Shown here: positions 62,801 to 64,000 of the stretch, piece by piece
How positions within the stretch are numbered: position 1 is the stretch's first letter
How the letters are laid out: each line of letters opens with the position of its first letter
Assembly (NCBI GenBank): GCA_965285935.1
Contig: OZ260662.1
Location: 49,476,001-49,540,000 of the forward strand
Direction: 5' to 3'
Source of the DNA: Ophelia neglecta
Lineage: Eukaryota
DNA length: 64,000 nucleotides
Notes under the pieces: generated by a model
Databases searched by the model: none
Told to the model about the DNA's origin: nothing
Seen by the model: the letters and a program-made list of their open reading frames with translations, nothing else
Translations under genes and position numbers: made by a program

Positions 62801-64000
62801 CCTTGAATTTTTGGGGAAAAAACTGTGAGAAAATATATTGAAACTAGGCTAACATGGTTTTGTTTCTCTCAAAAAATTCCCGAGTAAGTAGACAAGAAGC
62901 GAAGGTCATCGGGATCCTTCTGTTTAACATATTTAGTCGACCTTGTCAGCCGGAAAAGAAGACTAAATCGAGAGCACCTGGTTTTGATCCTACATCATGT
63001 ATCATCACCTGTAGGCGTGTTCGTTTGTCCTTTGGGCTTGTGGTTCGAAAGAGTGTGGTAAAATTCACCATGTTCAAACTACAGTGAAATCTCATAGATT
63101 TATTTATATTATATTCTCCGCCTTCAATAAAAATAATAGACCTATCTCATGATTACTGGTGGCCCCCTTGACCGACTCTATATAGGTAGCATGCATGGAC
63201 GGACTCGAGTTGGATTTCACTTTTTCTACAGTGATGTTTGCTGATCCATATTACACTCGCCCTGCTTCACGGGGTACTGTAACCATAACGATATTTCAAA
63301 TAGACATAGGGTGTTCACACACAATACACACACCCACATATGTATATATATATTAGCTCTAAATGTTTTATAGGCCTGTTGATCATTGAAATTATTCGAT
63401 TTGGTGAAAACATGTTTTTTAAGTATATTGTAGGCTGACAAGGCCTAGCTAAAAAACACATAAAAACTGTCTTCGTGTGTCTCTTATATGGTTTAATCTG
63501 GCCAGCCGACCACTCTTTCCATGTTTGGGGATTTCATTTGTGCAAGGAGTTCAGTCCACAAACGAGCCTCTAAAAGATTGCCCAATTACCTCCATGGGAC
63601 TGAGATGTCAATACAATCCCCATAATGCATAAAAGTAAGTAGCAGACGTTCTGTTTGGCGTCAGCGAGGAACGCTCGGATACTCGGTCTTTCTGGTGTCG
63701 TCTGCCGCGTCTGCTTAGGCGGAGGTATTGAGTTAACGTGGTGGCCAGACTGAGTCGGGTGCTCTAGACGGGGTTTGACGGGATTACAGGTCTCCACTGG
63801 CGAGCTGAGAGAGCCGTTTGATCTCCACAGTGTAGACAGAGTATCTAACTAGGTTGGATAACTCCCTGGGAGCCGCCCTCATTTGAAAGGTGCCTTCCTT
63901 AACACCAGCGTGGAGCCGATAACTCAATGCATCGACATCTAAGCTCCTTTCGGCCGATCAAGCTCTGGCTGAAAGGTCAAGCTATAGGCACAGCGGGCCC

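Noticed and set aside
43500-64000. Numerous 60-145-aa track ORFs
   Set aside because: No recognisable domains, coding-like composition or phase-compatible splice sites

Overview
Eukaryotic (animal, probably lophotrochozoan invertebrate) genomic DNA, AT-rich and intron-rich; most short ORFs in the track are noise. Three + strand loci were reconstructed by hand from GT-AG splice sites. (1) The last 16 coding exons (153-9323, about 943 aa) of a ZAK-alpha/MAP3K20 orthologue: kinase C-lobe, leucine zipper, SAM, YEATS-like domain and a long disordered tail, with a probable 3' UTR to about 12.55 kb. (2) A complete 3-exon BAMBI-like TGF-beta/BMP pseudoreceptor (21609-42364, 255 aa, 19.5-kb first intron) carrying an unusual acidic Tyr-rich stalk. 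(3) An orphan signal-peptide exon (53770-53842) of a third gene that probably continues beyond the window. The ZAK gene body is CpG-depleted while the rest is not, consistent with mosaic methylation. Mobile-element traces include a LINE 3' tail, a SINE 3' fragment, MITE remnants and a hairpin-rich decayed element. There is also a perfect 17+17-bp palindrome in a 7-bp duplication that matches a P-element excision footprint, plus over-represented TA-NN-NN-TA palindromes that may be Tc1/mariner-type footprints. No rRNA, tRNA, CRISPR or prokaryotic features were seen. All homology calls come from recalled family sequences, not database searches.
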